36,861 nt of DNA from Planctomycetota bacterium (lineage in GTDB: Bacteria > Planctomycetota > UBA11346), in assembly GCA_038213805.1 (NCBI GenBank), contig JBBQSO010000052.1, positions 1 through 36,861 on the forward strand. The letters run 5' to 3'. Shown here piece after piece: positions 9,935-18,760 of this stretch (positions are counted from its first letter, which is position 1; each line of letters opens with the position of its first letter). The notes beneath the pieces are model-generated. The model saw nothing but the letters and a program-made list of their open reading frames with translations, ran no database searches and was not told the DNA's origin. The position numbers and the translations under genes are program-made.

Positions 9935-10513
9935 TCACTTCACCAATTGACTCAGCGCTTTGAAGGTTTCCCCGCCCGCCTGCCGCTGCAGCCGGAAGAG
10001 GATGCTCTCCGTCGGCAGCACCAACGCGCCGAGGTCGCGCAGGGCGGCGAGGGCGCTGTCCCGGTTGGCCGCACTGCGGCTGGCCACCGCGTCGCCAGCG
10101 ACGATCACGGGGTGTCCTGCGGCGAGCAGATCTGCGGCGCTGGCCAGCACGCAGACGTGCGCCTCGACGCCGCACAGCACCAGGGTGCGCCGCCCGAGGC
10201 CATCGAGGTGCGCGCGCAGGGCGGGATCGTCCGCCACGCTGAAATGGGTCTTGGCCAGGCGCGGCGCCTGTGGATGCGCCGCGGCCAGCCACGCCAGGGT
10301 CGGCCCGAGTCCCTTGGGATTCTGCTCGCTGAACACCGCCGGCACGCCGAGCAGGCAGGCACCGGTCAGCAGCAGGCGGGCGTTGCGCCCGCACGGCTGG
10401 TCCGCGGCCAGATCCGGGATCGCGCTGAGGAAGCGCTCCTGCAGATCAATGGCGAGGATGGCGGTGCCGCTGGGGGTCAGCGCGAATGCGTCGTGAAGCT
10501 GGTCAGTGGCCAT
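9935..10513 (-). CDS. Isochorismatase-family (YcaC-like) hydrolase
   Basis: IDLQER, SEQNPKGLG, KTHFS, GVEAHVCV, ESILF. Confidence 0.9.
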   Translation of the reverse strand: MATDQLHDAFALTPSGTAILAIDLQERFLSAIPDLAADQPCGRNARLLLTGACLLGVPAVFSEQNPKGLGPTLAWLAAAHPQAPRLAKTHFSVADDPALRAHLDGLGRRTLVLCGVEAHVCVLASAADLLAAGHPVIVAGDAVASRSAANRDSALAALRDLGALVLPTESILFRLQRQAGGETFKALSQLVK

Positions 10514-10535
10514 GGCGGGGTCGCAGACGCGATGT

Positions 10536-11267
10536 TCAGTCGGTGCGCGCCAGGGCCACGGTGATGTTATCGATGCCGCCGCGGTGGTTGGCGAGTTCGA
10601 CCATGGTCAGGCAGGCCTGCTCCAGCGAGCCGGCGGCCTGGACCACCGCCAGCATCTCGCTCTCGTTGATCAGGTCGCTGAGCCCGTCGCTGCACAGCAG
10701 GTAGACGTCGCCGGGGACCAGATCCTCGACGGTGATGTCGACGGTGACCTGATCCATGCCCAGCGCGCGTGTGACGATGTTGCCGAGCAGTGCCGCTTCG
10801 TCGCTGTCGGGATCGAGCAGTCCGGCGCGCACGCGCTCCGCCACCAGGCTGTGGTCCTGGCTGACCTGCTCGATGACTCCGCCGGCGATGCGGTAGATGC
10901 GGCTGTCGCCGACGTTGGTGGTGATCACGCGGTCGCGCATGAAAGCCAGGGCGACGATGGTGGTACCCATGTCGGATAGCGCGGGCTCGATGCGCGAGCG
11001 GTTGAGGATGTGGTCGTTGGCACCGAACACGGCGTTCTTGACCGTCTCGATGACGCGCTCCTCGTCATTCCACTCGTGCGGCTTGAGCTGCTTGAGGCCG
11101 TTTGAGACCACCTGCACGGCCAGTTCGCTGGCGATGTGCCCGCCTGCATGTCCGCCCATCCCGTCGCAGACGATCAGCACGCGGTCCCGCACATCGAAGT
11201 ACAGGGCGTCTTCATTGTGATCGCGCACCCGACCCTTGTGGGTCAGGGCGGCCATCGAGAGTTTCAC
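10536..11267 (-). CDS. PP2C-type Ser/Thr phosphatase (Stp1/PrpC family)
   Basis: GRVRDHNED, CDGMGGHAGG, NVGDSR, LCSDGL, GGIDNIT; GTG start. Confidence 0.92.
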   Translation of the reverse strand: MKLSMAALTHKGRVRDHNEDALYFDVRDRVLIVCDGMGGHAGGHIASELAVQVVSNGLKQLKPHEWNDEERVIETVKNAVFGANDHILNRSRIEPALSDMGTTIVALAFMRDRVITTNVGDSRIYRIAGGVIEQVSQDHSLVAERVRAGLLDPDSDEAALLGNIVTRALGMDQVTVDITVEDLVPGDVYLLCSDGLSDLINESEMLAVVQAAGSLEQACLTMVELANHRGGIDNITVALARTD

Positions 11268-11601
11268 GTACGACCATCCCGCGGAGGTGGTGATGCAGGC
11301 GCGCAGCCGGCGCGCAGGACCGGGATGAGAATCCGTAGGGGTTGGGAGTCAACCCCGAGTCGGCGTTGGTGGGACGCTGGAGAGCAGACAGCTGGAAGCG
11401 GAAGTGGCACCTCGGAGGGGTATGCTGGCCAATGGCTGAGGCGTGGATTGGATAATGACCGTCCTACCACAAATCGACCATGACACTGTGGGGAACAGGA
11501 CCATGGGGGCGAGCGCGGTGACGTCATCGCACCTGCGAGATGGCGGCACGCACTCAGGTAGTCTTTGCGGCTTGGCGGTGCTCAGCGCCGGAAACGAAGC
11601 C

Positions 11602-13620
11602 TCAGTCCACCATCAGGATCAGCACTGTGGCGTCGTCGTTGGGCGGTTGGGGCCCACGGAAGTGCCGGACGATCTCGCGGATGCGCTCGATCATCGCCTC
11701 GGGCCCGGCGTCGGCGAAGCGCTTGACCACCTCGCAGAGACGGTCCTGGCCGAACTCCTCCTGCTGGAGGTTCATGGTCTCGGTGATGCCGTCGGTGTAG
11801 AGCACGAAGCAATCGCCCGGTTCCAGCTCGGTGACCTGCTCCTGCAGGCTCTTGCGGAACATCGGGCCGCTCTTCATGCCGACCACCATGCCCGGCGGCT
11901 TGATCTCTTCGATCTCGTGGCCGGGCCCGCGGTAGCGCAGGGTGGGGTTGTGCCCGGCGCGCGCCCAGGTGATGGTGTGGGCGATGGGGTCGAGCAGGGC
12001 GTAGACCATCGAGATGAAGAGTTTGCCGCCGAGGTCACGGGCGAGGGCGTCATTGACCTTGCTCAAGGTGTCGGCCGGGCTGAGCCCGGTCGAGGCGTAG
12101 ATCTCGAGGGTCTTCTTGGCCATCGACATGATCATGCCGGCCTGGACGCCGTGGCCGCTGACGTCACCCAGGGCGAAACCGAGCTTGCCGTCGGGCAGGC
12201 GGATGAACTGGAAAAAGTCGCCGCTGATGTCGGCGCAGGCCTCGAAGGTCGCGGCGAAGCGGAAGCCAGGGATGTCCGGGGCCTTCTGCATCATTTCTAT
12301 CTGCAGGTCTTTGGCGCGGATGAGGTCGGTGCGCTCGCCGACCCCGGGCTCCGGCTCGCGCTCGCCGGGTTCCATCGCGTCCATCCAGTTCAAGCCGGAA
12401 TGGTCGCCGGGCAGCGGCGTCCTGGGGCTGGCTACAGGCCTGGCCTTGACCTCCGGCGGCGGGGCGTCGAGTTCGAGGTTGCCGAGCGGCGTGGTGCTGA
12501 GGAAATCCTCGGGCAGATTGCCGAACAGGCCGTCGTGCTGGGTCCGCGCAGGTGCAGGGGTGTGCGGCACCGGCGGCGCCACGGGGGCGGCGATCGGCGG
12601 CGGAATGGTCACCGGCTCGCTGGCGCGGTAGCCGACCACCGGGATCGCGGATGGCGGAGTCACGCTGCGGACTGGCACGATGCGCACGCCGCCGCTGGGC
12701 GTGCGCCGCTCAACCGGCATCGCCAGGGGTGGCGTGATCGCGCGCGGGGTCAGGGTCTGCCCGGTGGCCGGGCGTCCGACCGGCAGATCGGTCTGGGTGC
12801 CGATGGGCAGGCGGTTGGGCGTGGCCACGCGCAGCATCGCCGCTTGGCGGATGAGCGTTTCGGACTGCATCTGGTTGGGATTGCTGCGGTAGGCCGGGCA
12901 TTGGCCGAGCAGGTGCAGGGCCATCGCCTCGACGGCACGTTCGATATCGCCTTCAGCGCGGATGGCGATCTCGGGAGTGTGCGCGAGGCAGTACGGGCAG
13001 ACCCACAGGCCGAGCGGGTCGACATACCGCCACACCGGGAAGGGCAGCTGCTGGCGCAGCGCCTGGACGAGCAGCGGCACGCGCGCGATGCGGTCGCGAG
13101 CGGCGGTAACCTCTTCGGCCGGCGCGCACAGGCCGCGCAGATAGGCGCCACAGCGGCCGAGGTGTTCGGCCATCGCCTGGTAGACGAAGCTGTTGAGCTG
13201 GCCACCGATGGCGCGTACCGCGGCGACGCGTTCCAGGCAGGCGGGGCAGACCCAGGTGCCGCTCGAATCGTAGACCCGCCATGCCAGGTCGCTGTCGGCG
13301 AGGTGGACGAGGTTCTCAAACTGCTGGCGGCGGGCGATAGTCTCGCTCGGATGGCTGGTGCCGGTGCCATGGCCGTAGGAACGGCAGCCTTCGAGGTGGA
13401 CGGCGATCGAGTCCTCGCGCGTGCGCCCCGGGCGGCGGCTGACCGGGCTCAGGCAGAACGGGCAGATCCACTTGCCATTGAGCGCGAAGTAGCCCCACAG
13501 GGGGTCGTCCGACAGCCGGTTGCGCACCACATTGGCGATCGGGGTGACGCTGCGCAGACCCACGCCAAGGGGCGTGCGTGGGCTGCCGTGCGGTGTGTTC
13601 GGACTCGAAGGCTCACCCAT
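11602..13620 (-). CDS. SpoIIE/RsbU-type PP2C phosphatase with three N-terminal Cys/His repeats and a Pro-rich linker
   Basis: C-terminal SGDFF, GDVSGHG, RAGH, YTDGITE, DDAT; N-terminal WxCPxC...H...C x3. Confidence 0.9.
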   Translation of the reverse strand: MGEPSSPNTPHGSPRTPLGVGLRSVTPIANVVRNRLSDDPLWGYFALNGKWICPFCLSPVSRRPGRTREDSIAVHLEGCRSYGHGTGTSHPSETIARRQQFENLVHLADSDLAWRVYDSSGTWVCPACLERVAAVRAIGGQLNSFVYQAMAEHLGRCGAYLRGLCAPAEEVTAARDRIARVPLLVQALRQQLPFPVWRYVDPLGLWVCPYCLAHTPEIAIRAEGDIERAVEAMALHLLGQCPAYRSNPNQMQSETLIRQAAMLRVATPNRLPIGTQTDLPVGRPATGQTLTPRAITPPLAMPVERRTPSGGVRIVPVRSVTPPSAIPVVGYRASEPVTIPPPIAAPVAPPVPHTPAPARTQHDGLFGNLPEDFLSTTPLGNLELDAPPPEVKARPVASPRTPLPGDHSGLNWMDAMEPGEREPEPGVGERTDLIRAKDLQIEMMQKAPDIPGFRFAATFEACADISGDFFQFIRLPDGKLGFALGDVSGHGVQAGMIMSMAKKTLEIYASTGLSPADTLSKVNDALARDLGGKLFISMVYALLDPIAHTITWARAGHNPTLRYRGPGHEIEEIKPPGMVVGMKSGPMFRKSLQEQVTELEPGDCFVLYTDGITETMNLQQEEFGQDRLCEVVKRFADAGPEAMIERIREIVRHFRGPQPPNDDATVLILMVD

Positions 13621-13706
13621 TGGACGGGCAGCTTACACCCGGATTCGGGTGGTACAATCGGTTCACCACTCAGGATTTGTGCAGCGCCGCTAGCCGGTCT
13701 GAGAGC

Positions 13707-14471
13707 TCAGCGGCCGACCCGCAGGCGCTCCGCGAGGTAGTTGTCCAGGTAGGGGTTCTGCTCGATCGCGTGCGCGGTCTCTTCAAGGTTGTACTCGACG
13801 CGCCGGAAGACCACGCGCGGAGCGCCCGGGTCGGTGTCCAGCAGGCAGTACGAGGCGCGGGTATCCCCATCGCGGGGCTGGCCGACCGAGCCGATGTTGA
13901 CCAGGGCCTTCTCGCCGGGCTCGACAAAGTAGGTGCTGCCCCACAGGTCGCTGGGCTGGGTGAATGTCAGGTCTTCGAGGAAGACCCCGGGTATGTGCGT
14001 ATGGCCGACGAAGCAGACATGGGTGATGAGCGCGAATATCTCATTCATCTTGGCGGGATTGGTGATGTCGCGCGGCATCACGTATTCGCGGGTCGGCTGG
14101 CGCGGGCTGGCGTGGGTGAAGAGGAAGGGCCCGTCCTGGGCGTGCAGCTGCAGGTTTTGCAGAATGTGCCAGCGCTGCTTGCGCGTCGCTTCGTCGCCCG
14201 CGGTCTTGAGATGGTCGCGCGTCCAGTCGATGGCGCGCTTGGCGCGCGGATTGAAGTTCTCGGCGCCGAACAGCAGCGCCTCTTCGTGATTGCCCATCAG
14301 GACCGCGCCGCAGCGCCGGACGAGATCCAGGCATTCGCCCGGAAAGGGGCCGTAACCCACCACGTCCCCTAGGCATATGACGCGCTCAGCGCCATTCTGT
14401 TCCATGTCCGCGATCACCGCCTTGAGCGCGGAGAGGTTGCCATGGATGTCGCTGATGAGGCCCTGGATCAT
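13707..14471 (-). CDS. Calcineurin-like metallophosphoesterase
   Basis: SDIHGN, GDVVGYG, GNHE, THASP, GHTH, NIGSVGQPRD. Confidence 0.92.
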   Translation of the reverse strand: MIQGLISDIHGNLSALKAVIADMEQNGAERVICLGDVVGYGPFPGECLDLVRRCGAVLMGNHEEALLFGAENFNPRAKRAIDWTRDHLKTAGDEATRKQRWHILQNLQLHAQDGPFLFTHASPRQPTREYVMPRDITNPAKMNEIFALITHVCFVGHTHIPGVFLEDLTFTQPSDLWGSTYFVEPGEKALVNIGSVGQPRDGDTRASYCLLDTDPGAPRVVFRRVEYNLEETAHAIEQNPYLDNYLAERLRVGR

Positions 14472-14557
14472 GTCGCCCGTACTTGAAGCCCTGGCCGTTG
14501 AGACACAAGGCCCCAGCCAGACACGGTCTCAGACCCCGAGGCAGGGTGTGCGGACGT

Positions 14558-14574
14558 CTGGCACGCGGGTTGCG
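14558..14574 (+). promoter_or_regulatory. Sigma54 (-24/-12) promoter for flgD
   Basis: CTGGCACG-CGGG-TTGCG matches TGGCACG-N4-TTGC exactly, 30 nt before the ATG. Confidence 0.8.
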
Positions 14575-14603
14575 TGGCGGGGGAAGCAACGCGTGAGGAA
14601 CCC

Positions 14604-15284
14604 ATGACCACCACCAGCGCCACTTCCGGGAATTCAGCAGCCGGATCCCTGACCGCGGTACAAGGGGGGAATGGCGCCTTCCGCAACGCGGACTTCCTGC
14701 ACATCATGCTCTCGGAGCTGACCAACCAGGACCCGATGAGTCCGCAGGATACCTCGAAGATGGTTCAGGAGATGCAGCAGCTGCAGCAGCTCGCCAACAC
14801 CCAGTACCAGGGCTTCCGCGACGACCTCAAGTGGGGTGAACAGCTGGTCGGCCAGAAGGTCACCGTGCTGCAGGACAACATCACCGAGGACGCCGCCAAG
14901 GTCCTGCAGCAGTCGGGCGTGAATCCCGATGTCGGCTATACCACCGTCACCGGCGCGGTTCAGTCCTTCCGCAGCGTGAACGAGTCGGTCTGGGTCACCG
15001 TCGGCGGCAAGGACTACCCGATCGCCAACGTCCAGCAGCTCGCCTCCGGAAACCACGACGGCATGTACCTGGCCCAACTCTCGCAGGGCATCCTCGGTGC
15101 GACCGCCGGTTATGCCGCGGATCCTGCCGACAAGGCCAGCAGCGCGGGAACGGGGAAGGTCACCGGTGTCAGCCTCGACGCCTCGGGCACACCCTTCATC
15201 ACCATCAACGGCCAACAGATCCCGTATTCACTGGTCAACAGCATCACCATGCCCGGCAGCGCGCCGACCGCATCGGGCGGCTGA
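14604..15284 (+). CDS. flgD: Flagellar hook-capping protein FlgD-like
   Basis: DFLHIMLSELTNQDPMSPQDTSKMVQEMQQL N-terminal motif and LVGQKV; GAGGA RBS. Confidence 0.8.
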   Translation: MTTTSATSGNSAAGSLTAVQGGNGAFRNADFLHIMLSELTNQDPMSPQDTSKMVQEMQQLQQLANTQYQGFRDDLKWGEQLVGQKVTVLQDNITEDAAKVLQQSGVNPDVGYTTVTGAVQSFRSVNESVWVTVGGKDYPIANVQQLASGNHDGMYLAQLSQGILGATAGYAADPADKASSAGTGKVTGVSLDASGTPFITINGQQIPYSLVNSITMPGSAPTASGG

Positions 15285-15336
15285 GGGGCTCCCTGCCCAT
15301 GGCGCGCCGCGGCGGTGCACTTACGGTGCCTCGCCC

Positions 15337-16566
15337 GTGCGCCCACCGCCCATTCCGGTCTTGCAGCTCCTCAACGCGCTGGTCGCCTTCGGCAGCATGT
15401 TCATCGCCACCCAGAGCGTCTCGGTGTGGCGGGGCGCCGGCTGGAGCGCCTTGCATATCAGCTTGGTCATGGCGCTCGGCAACGTCTGCTATGCCGGCCT
15501 GGTCGCCCAGGGCGGTCGCCTCGCCGACCGCCATGGGCGCGCGCGAACCGGGTTGATCGGCGCCGCCATCGGCTGCCTGGGCGGACTGATCGCCATGACG
15601 TGGCGTGATCCTGCGGCGGCGGTGGTCGGGACCATGCTCGGCTTCGGCGGCCCTGCGCTCTTCTTTCCTGGGTGTGCGGGCTTGTTCTCGGATGCCCAGG
15701 GCGCCGCGGGCGGCGCGCCGCCGCCGCTGCACCGCAAGGTCAGCGGCTACAATCTCGGCTGGGCGCTGGGGAATTTTGCGGCATTCAGCGCCCTCGGTCT
15801 GCTCGGCAGCGATCCCGTGCTGAGTTATGGCGTGGCGGCTGCCGCCTTCTTCGCGGTCGGTGCGGTGCTGTGGCGCTGGCGCAGCCTGCCGCCGCTGCCG
15901 CCCCCGCCCGAAGGCGACCGCGCCCCGCACCCCGCCCTGCCGCGACTGACCATGATGGGACGCACCAGCCTGTTGTGCGCCTGCGTGCTGGTGATGGGCA
16001 TGATCGCGCTGTGCGAGAAGGCGCTCGATGGCGACCGCATCGCCGGGCCGATCGGGGTGGAGCGCACCCTGGCGAGCGTGCTGCTCGCGTGCTTCTCCGC
16101 CGGGTACATCGTCACCTTCCTGATCCTCGGCGCGTGGTCCGGCTGGGTGCTGCGGCCGTGGCGGCTGTGGGCCTGCCAGGTCGGCCTGATCGTTGGTACC
16201 GCCGGCGTGCTCGCGCTCGGCCGGCTGCACCTTGGCAGCGCCTGGCTGCTCGGTGCCTGCGGCCTGCTCATCGGCCTGAGCTATGGCGCGACCTACACCG
16301 GCAGTATCTTCTACAGCCTGCGTCTGCCGCATGGGGCGGCGCGCGCGGCGAGTCTGCACGAGACCTACCTGGGCTGCGGATATACTGCGGGACCGCTGCT
16401 GTGCGGGCTGTTCCTGAGCGCCGTCGGCACCGACCTCGCAAGCCTCGGGCTCTTCCTCACCGGGGTGGCGGTGGTGTGCCTGGGGTTCCAGGCTGCAATC
16501 ATTCCTGGGGCGGTGCGGTTGGGAGCGCGCGCTGAAGCGCGCGGGACCTTAGACCTTAGACCTTAG
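15337..16566 (+). CDS. MFS-type membrane transporter
   Basis: About 12 hydrophobic segments, motif A GRLADRHGR; GTG start at 15337 inferred; the stop lies inside the GACCTTA array. Confidence 0.75.
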   Translation: MRPPPIPVLQLLNALVAFGSMFIATQSVSVWRGAGWSALHISLVMALGNVCYAGLVAQGGRLADRHGRARTGLIGAAIGCLGGLIAMTWRDPAAAVVGTMLGFGGPALFFPGCAGLFSDAQGAAGGAPPPLHRKVSGYNLGWALGNFAAFSALGLLGSDPVLSYGVAAAAFFAVGAVLWRWRSLPPLPPPPEGDRAPHPALPRLTMMGRTSLLCACVLVMGMIALCEKALDGDRIAGPIGVERTLASVLLACFSAGYIVTFLILGAWSGWVLRPWRLWACQVGLIVGTAGVLALGRLHLGSAWLLGACGLLIGLSYGATYTGSIFYSLRLPHGAARAASLHETYLGCGYTAGPLLCGLFLSAVGTDLASLGLFLTGVAVVCLGFQAAIIPGAVRLGARAEARGTLDLRP

Positions 16567-16701
16567 ACCTTAGACCTTAGACCCTAGACCCTAGACGCGA
16601 CACGCGAGACGCGAGTCAGCACCTCGCGACTCGCAGTTCGAGTCAGGCGCGATGTGCACGGTTGGAACCGGCCTTTCTGGGGTCTAGGGTCTAGGGTCTA
16701 G
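16545..16701. repeat. Phase-locked heptamer array plus an inverted copy between convergent genes
   Basis: GACCTTA x5, GACCCTA x2, GACGCGA, CACGCGA, GACGCGA (16545-16614); GGTCTAG GGTCTAG GGTCTAG at 16681-16701 is the reverse complement of the GACCCTA tract. Confidence 0.9.
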
Positions 16702-16704
16702 TTG

Positions 16705-17571
16705 TCAGACGGAAGCGACTAGTCGTAGCGGGATCGGACTGGGGCTGAAGTCCACGTTCGAGCCGGGCGGCACGCCGCGGTGGAAATAGGGGCCGTCGAT
16801 GAACAGCGAGATGCCGGGCATGCCGGGGATCAGGCGCAGGCCGTGCGCGGGCAACTGACGCCCTTCGGTCAGGGCGAGGGGGCCGCGCAATTCGAAGGGC
16901 TCGCGCACCTTGTACAGCAAGGCGGATGAATCTGCCGGAACCGGGGTGACGCCAGCACTGCGGATGGCAGCGGTGCTGCCGGCGGCGGTGCTGACCCAGA
17001 CGCCGCTCGAGCGTTGGAATTCCCGCACGGGCGGTGTGTCGCCAGCGCCGGGGATCTCGAGCACGTAGCGTGTCACCGCGGCGGGATTGGCGCTTGCGAA
17101 CAGGCACTCGTTGAGGATGCGCCAGTACGGTCCGCTGTCGATGCGCACCTGCAGGCGCGGGATCACCTCGGTGCGCGCGGTCCCCGCAAGCCAGTCGGCG
17201 AACAGCGCAGGGAAAGTCGCGCCATTGCAGCGCGTGTAGACGCCGATCGAGCCTTCCGGATCGGAGTTCACGGTGATCATCGGCAGTTCGCTGTCGAGGG
17301 TGTTCGAGGTCAGCACCGTCCCATCGCCACCGACCGTCACCACCAGGTCCTTGCCCTCGGCGTCACGCGGCTGCAGGCGGTCGATCTGCCACTCGTTCAC
17401 GCGGTGCGTGCTGAGCGCCTTGCGCACCGCCAGCAGCGTCGCCTCGTGCGCGGCGGCCGCGCCGCGCAGGCGCTCGAGGTTGCTGGCCCCGCTGCCGGTC
17501 ATGCGCGCGAGCACCGCTGGCTCGAGACGGCTGAGGAGCGGGGTCTTGGCAACCAGCAGGATGCGCTTCAT
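16705..17571 (-). CDS. NAD(H) kinase
   Basis: VGGDGT, VNSDP, LNE, SSGVWVSTAAGSTAAIRSAG. Confidence 0.88.
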   Translation of the reverse strand: MKRILLVAKTPLLSRLEPAVLARMTGSGASNLERLRGAAAAHEATLLAVRKALSTHRVNEWQIDRLQPRDAEGKDLVVTVGGDGTVLTSNTLDSELPMITVNSDPEGSIGVYTRCNGATFPALFADWLAGTARTEVIPRLQVRIDSGPYWRILNECLFASANPAAVTRYVLEIPGAGDTPPVREFQRSSGVWVSTAAGSTAAIRSAGVTPVPADSSALLYKVREPFELRGPLALTEGRQLPAHGLRLIPGMPGISLFIDGPYFHRGVPPGSNVDFSPSPIPLRLVASV

Positions 17572-17614
17572 GCCGGCTCCGTTCCGGTGTGGGAGAGGAG
17601 CGGACGCGGCGGCA

Positions 17615-18760
17615 TCAGCAGGCCAGTCGTGCGCGCACGTCGGCGTCGGCGGCGATGATGTCCTCAAGCCCGGGGCGGCCACCGCCAGCGGCCGCGGCGA
17701 GCGCGTTCTCGACGGTGCGGAAGATGTCGAGGAAGCGGATGCGGCCGGCGAGGAAGGCGGCGACCGCCATCTCGTTGGCGGCGTTCATCACCGCCGGCGC
17801 CAGGCCGCCGCGCGCGACCGCGCCATAAGCCATGTCGAGCGAGGGGAAGCGTGCGGTGTCCGGCGCCTCAAAGGTGAGCGCGGCGAGACGCGCGAAGTCC
17901 GGGGCCGCGACCGGTCCGGGCAGGTGCGCGGGAAAGGTAAGCGCGTACTGGATCGGCACGCGCATGTCGGGCAGGCCGAGCTGCGCCACCACCGAGCCGT
18001 CGCAGTAGGCGACCATGCTGTGGACCACACTCTGCGGGTGGATGACCACGCGGATGCGCGCCGCCTCGATGCCGAACAGCCAGCGCGCCTCGATGATCTC
18101 CAGGCTCTTGTTCATCAGCGTGGCGCTATCGATGGTGATTTTCGGGCCCATCGCCCAGGTCGGGTGCTTGAGCGCCTGCTCGCGCGTCACCTGGCTGAGG
18201 TCGGTGACGGTGCGGAACGGCCCGCCGGAGCCGGTCAGCAGCAGCTCGGCGACCTCGCCCTCGCCATGGTTCTCGAGGCACTGGAAGATCGCGCTGTGCT
18301 CGCTGTCGACCGGCAGGATGGTCGCGCCGCTGGCCCGGGCCGCGGCCATGATCAGCTCGCCGGCCATCACCAGCGGCTCCTTGTTGGCGATGCACACGCG
18401 CTTGCCGGCGCGCACCGCGGCGAGGGTCGCGGGCAGGCCGGCGGCGCCGACCACCGCGGTCATCACCGCGCCGGCCTCGGGCGCGGCCGCGACCTCGGCC
18501 AGCGCCGCGGCGCCGGCGGCGGCGCGCGTGGGCGTGCCGGCCAGCAGCGCCTTGAGCTCGGCGTAGCCGGCGGGGTCGGCGATCACCGCCACGGCCGCGC
18601 CGCAGGCGCGCGCTTGCATGGCGAGCGGCCCGACCTGGCGGTGCGCGGTCAGCGCGTGGATGGGGATGCCGAGGTGGGCGGCGACCGCGACGGTGTTGAC
18701 GCCGATCGAGCCGGTCGAACCGAGGATGGTCAGGGCGCGCCCGCGGTGCGCGCCGCTCAC
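17615..18760 (-). CDS. dxr: 1-deoxy-D-xylulose-5-phosphate reductoisomerase
   Basis: LGSTGSIG, ANKE, PVDSEHSA, HPTWAMGPKITIDSAT; GTG start overlapping the hisC stop (GTGA). Confidence 0.95.
   Translation of the reverse strand: MSGAHRGRALTILGSTGSIGVNTVAVAAHLGIPIHALTAHRQVGPLAMQARACGAAVAVIADPAGYAELKALLAGTPTRAAAGAAALAEVAAAPEAGAVMTAVVGAAGLPATLAAVRAGKRVCIANKEPLVMAGELIMAAARASGATILPVDSEHSAIFQCLENHGEGEVAELLLTGSGGPFRTVTDLSQVTREQALKHPTWAMGPKITIDSATLMNKSLEIIEARWLFGIEAARIRVVIHPQSVVHSMVAYCDGSVVAQLGLPDMRVPIQYALTFPAHLPGPVAAPDFARLAALTFEAPDTARFPSLDMAYGAVARGGLAPAVMNAANEMAVAAFLAGRIRFLDIFRTVENALAAAAGGGRPGLEDIIAADADVRARLAC

Noticed and set aside
11268..11601. Small ORFs or structured RNA between the two PP2C genes
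   Set aside because: The ORFs lack protein-like character and only a short GGGGTTG/CAACCCC hairpin is evident
11443..13740. Very long antisense ORFs (also 5579-6778, 31257-32495, 32812-34428, 34498-36753)
   Set aside because: Shadow frames opposite recognisable genes, expected from high-GC codon bias
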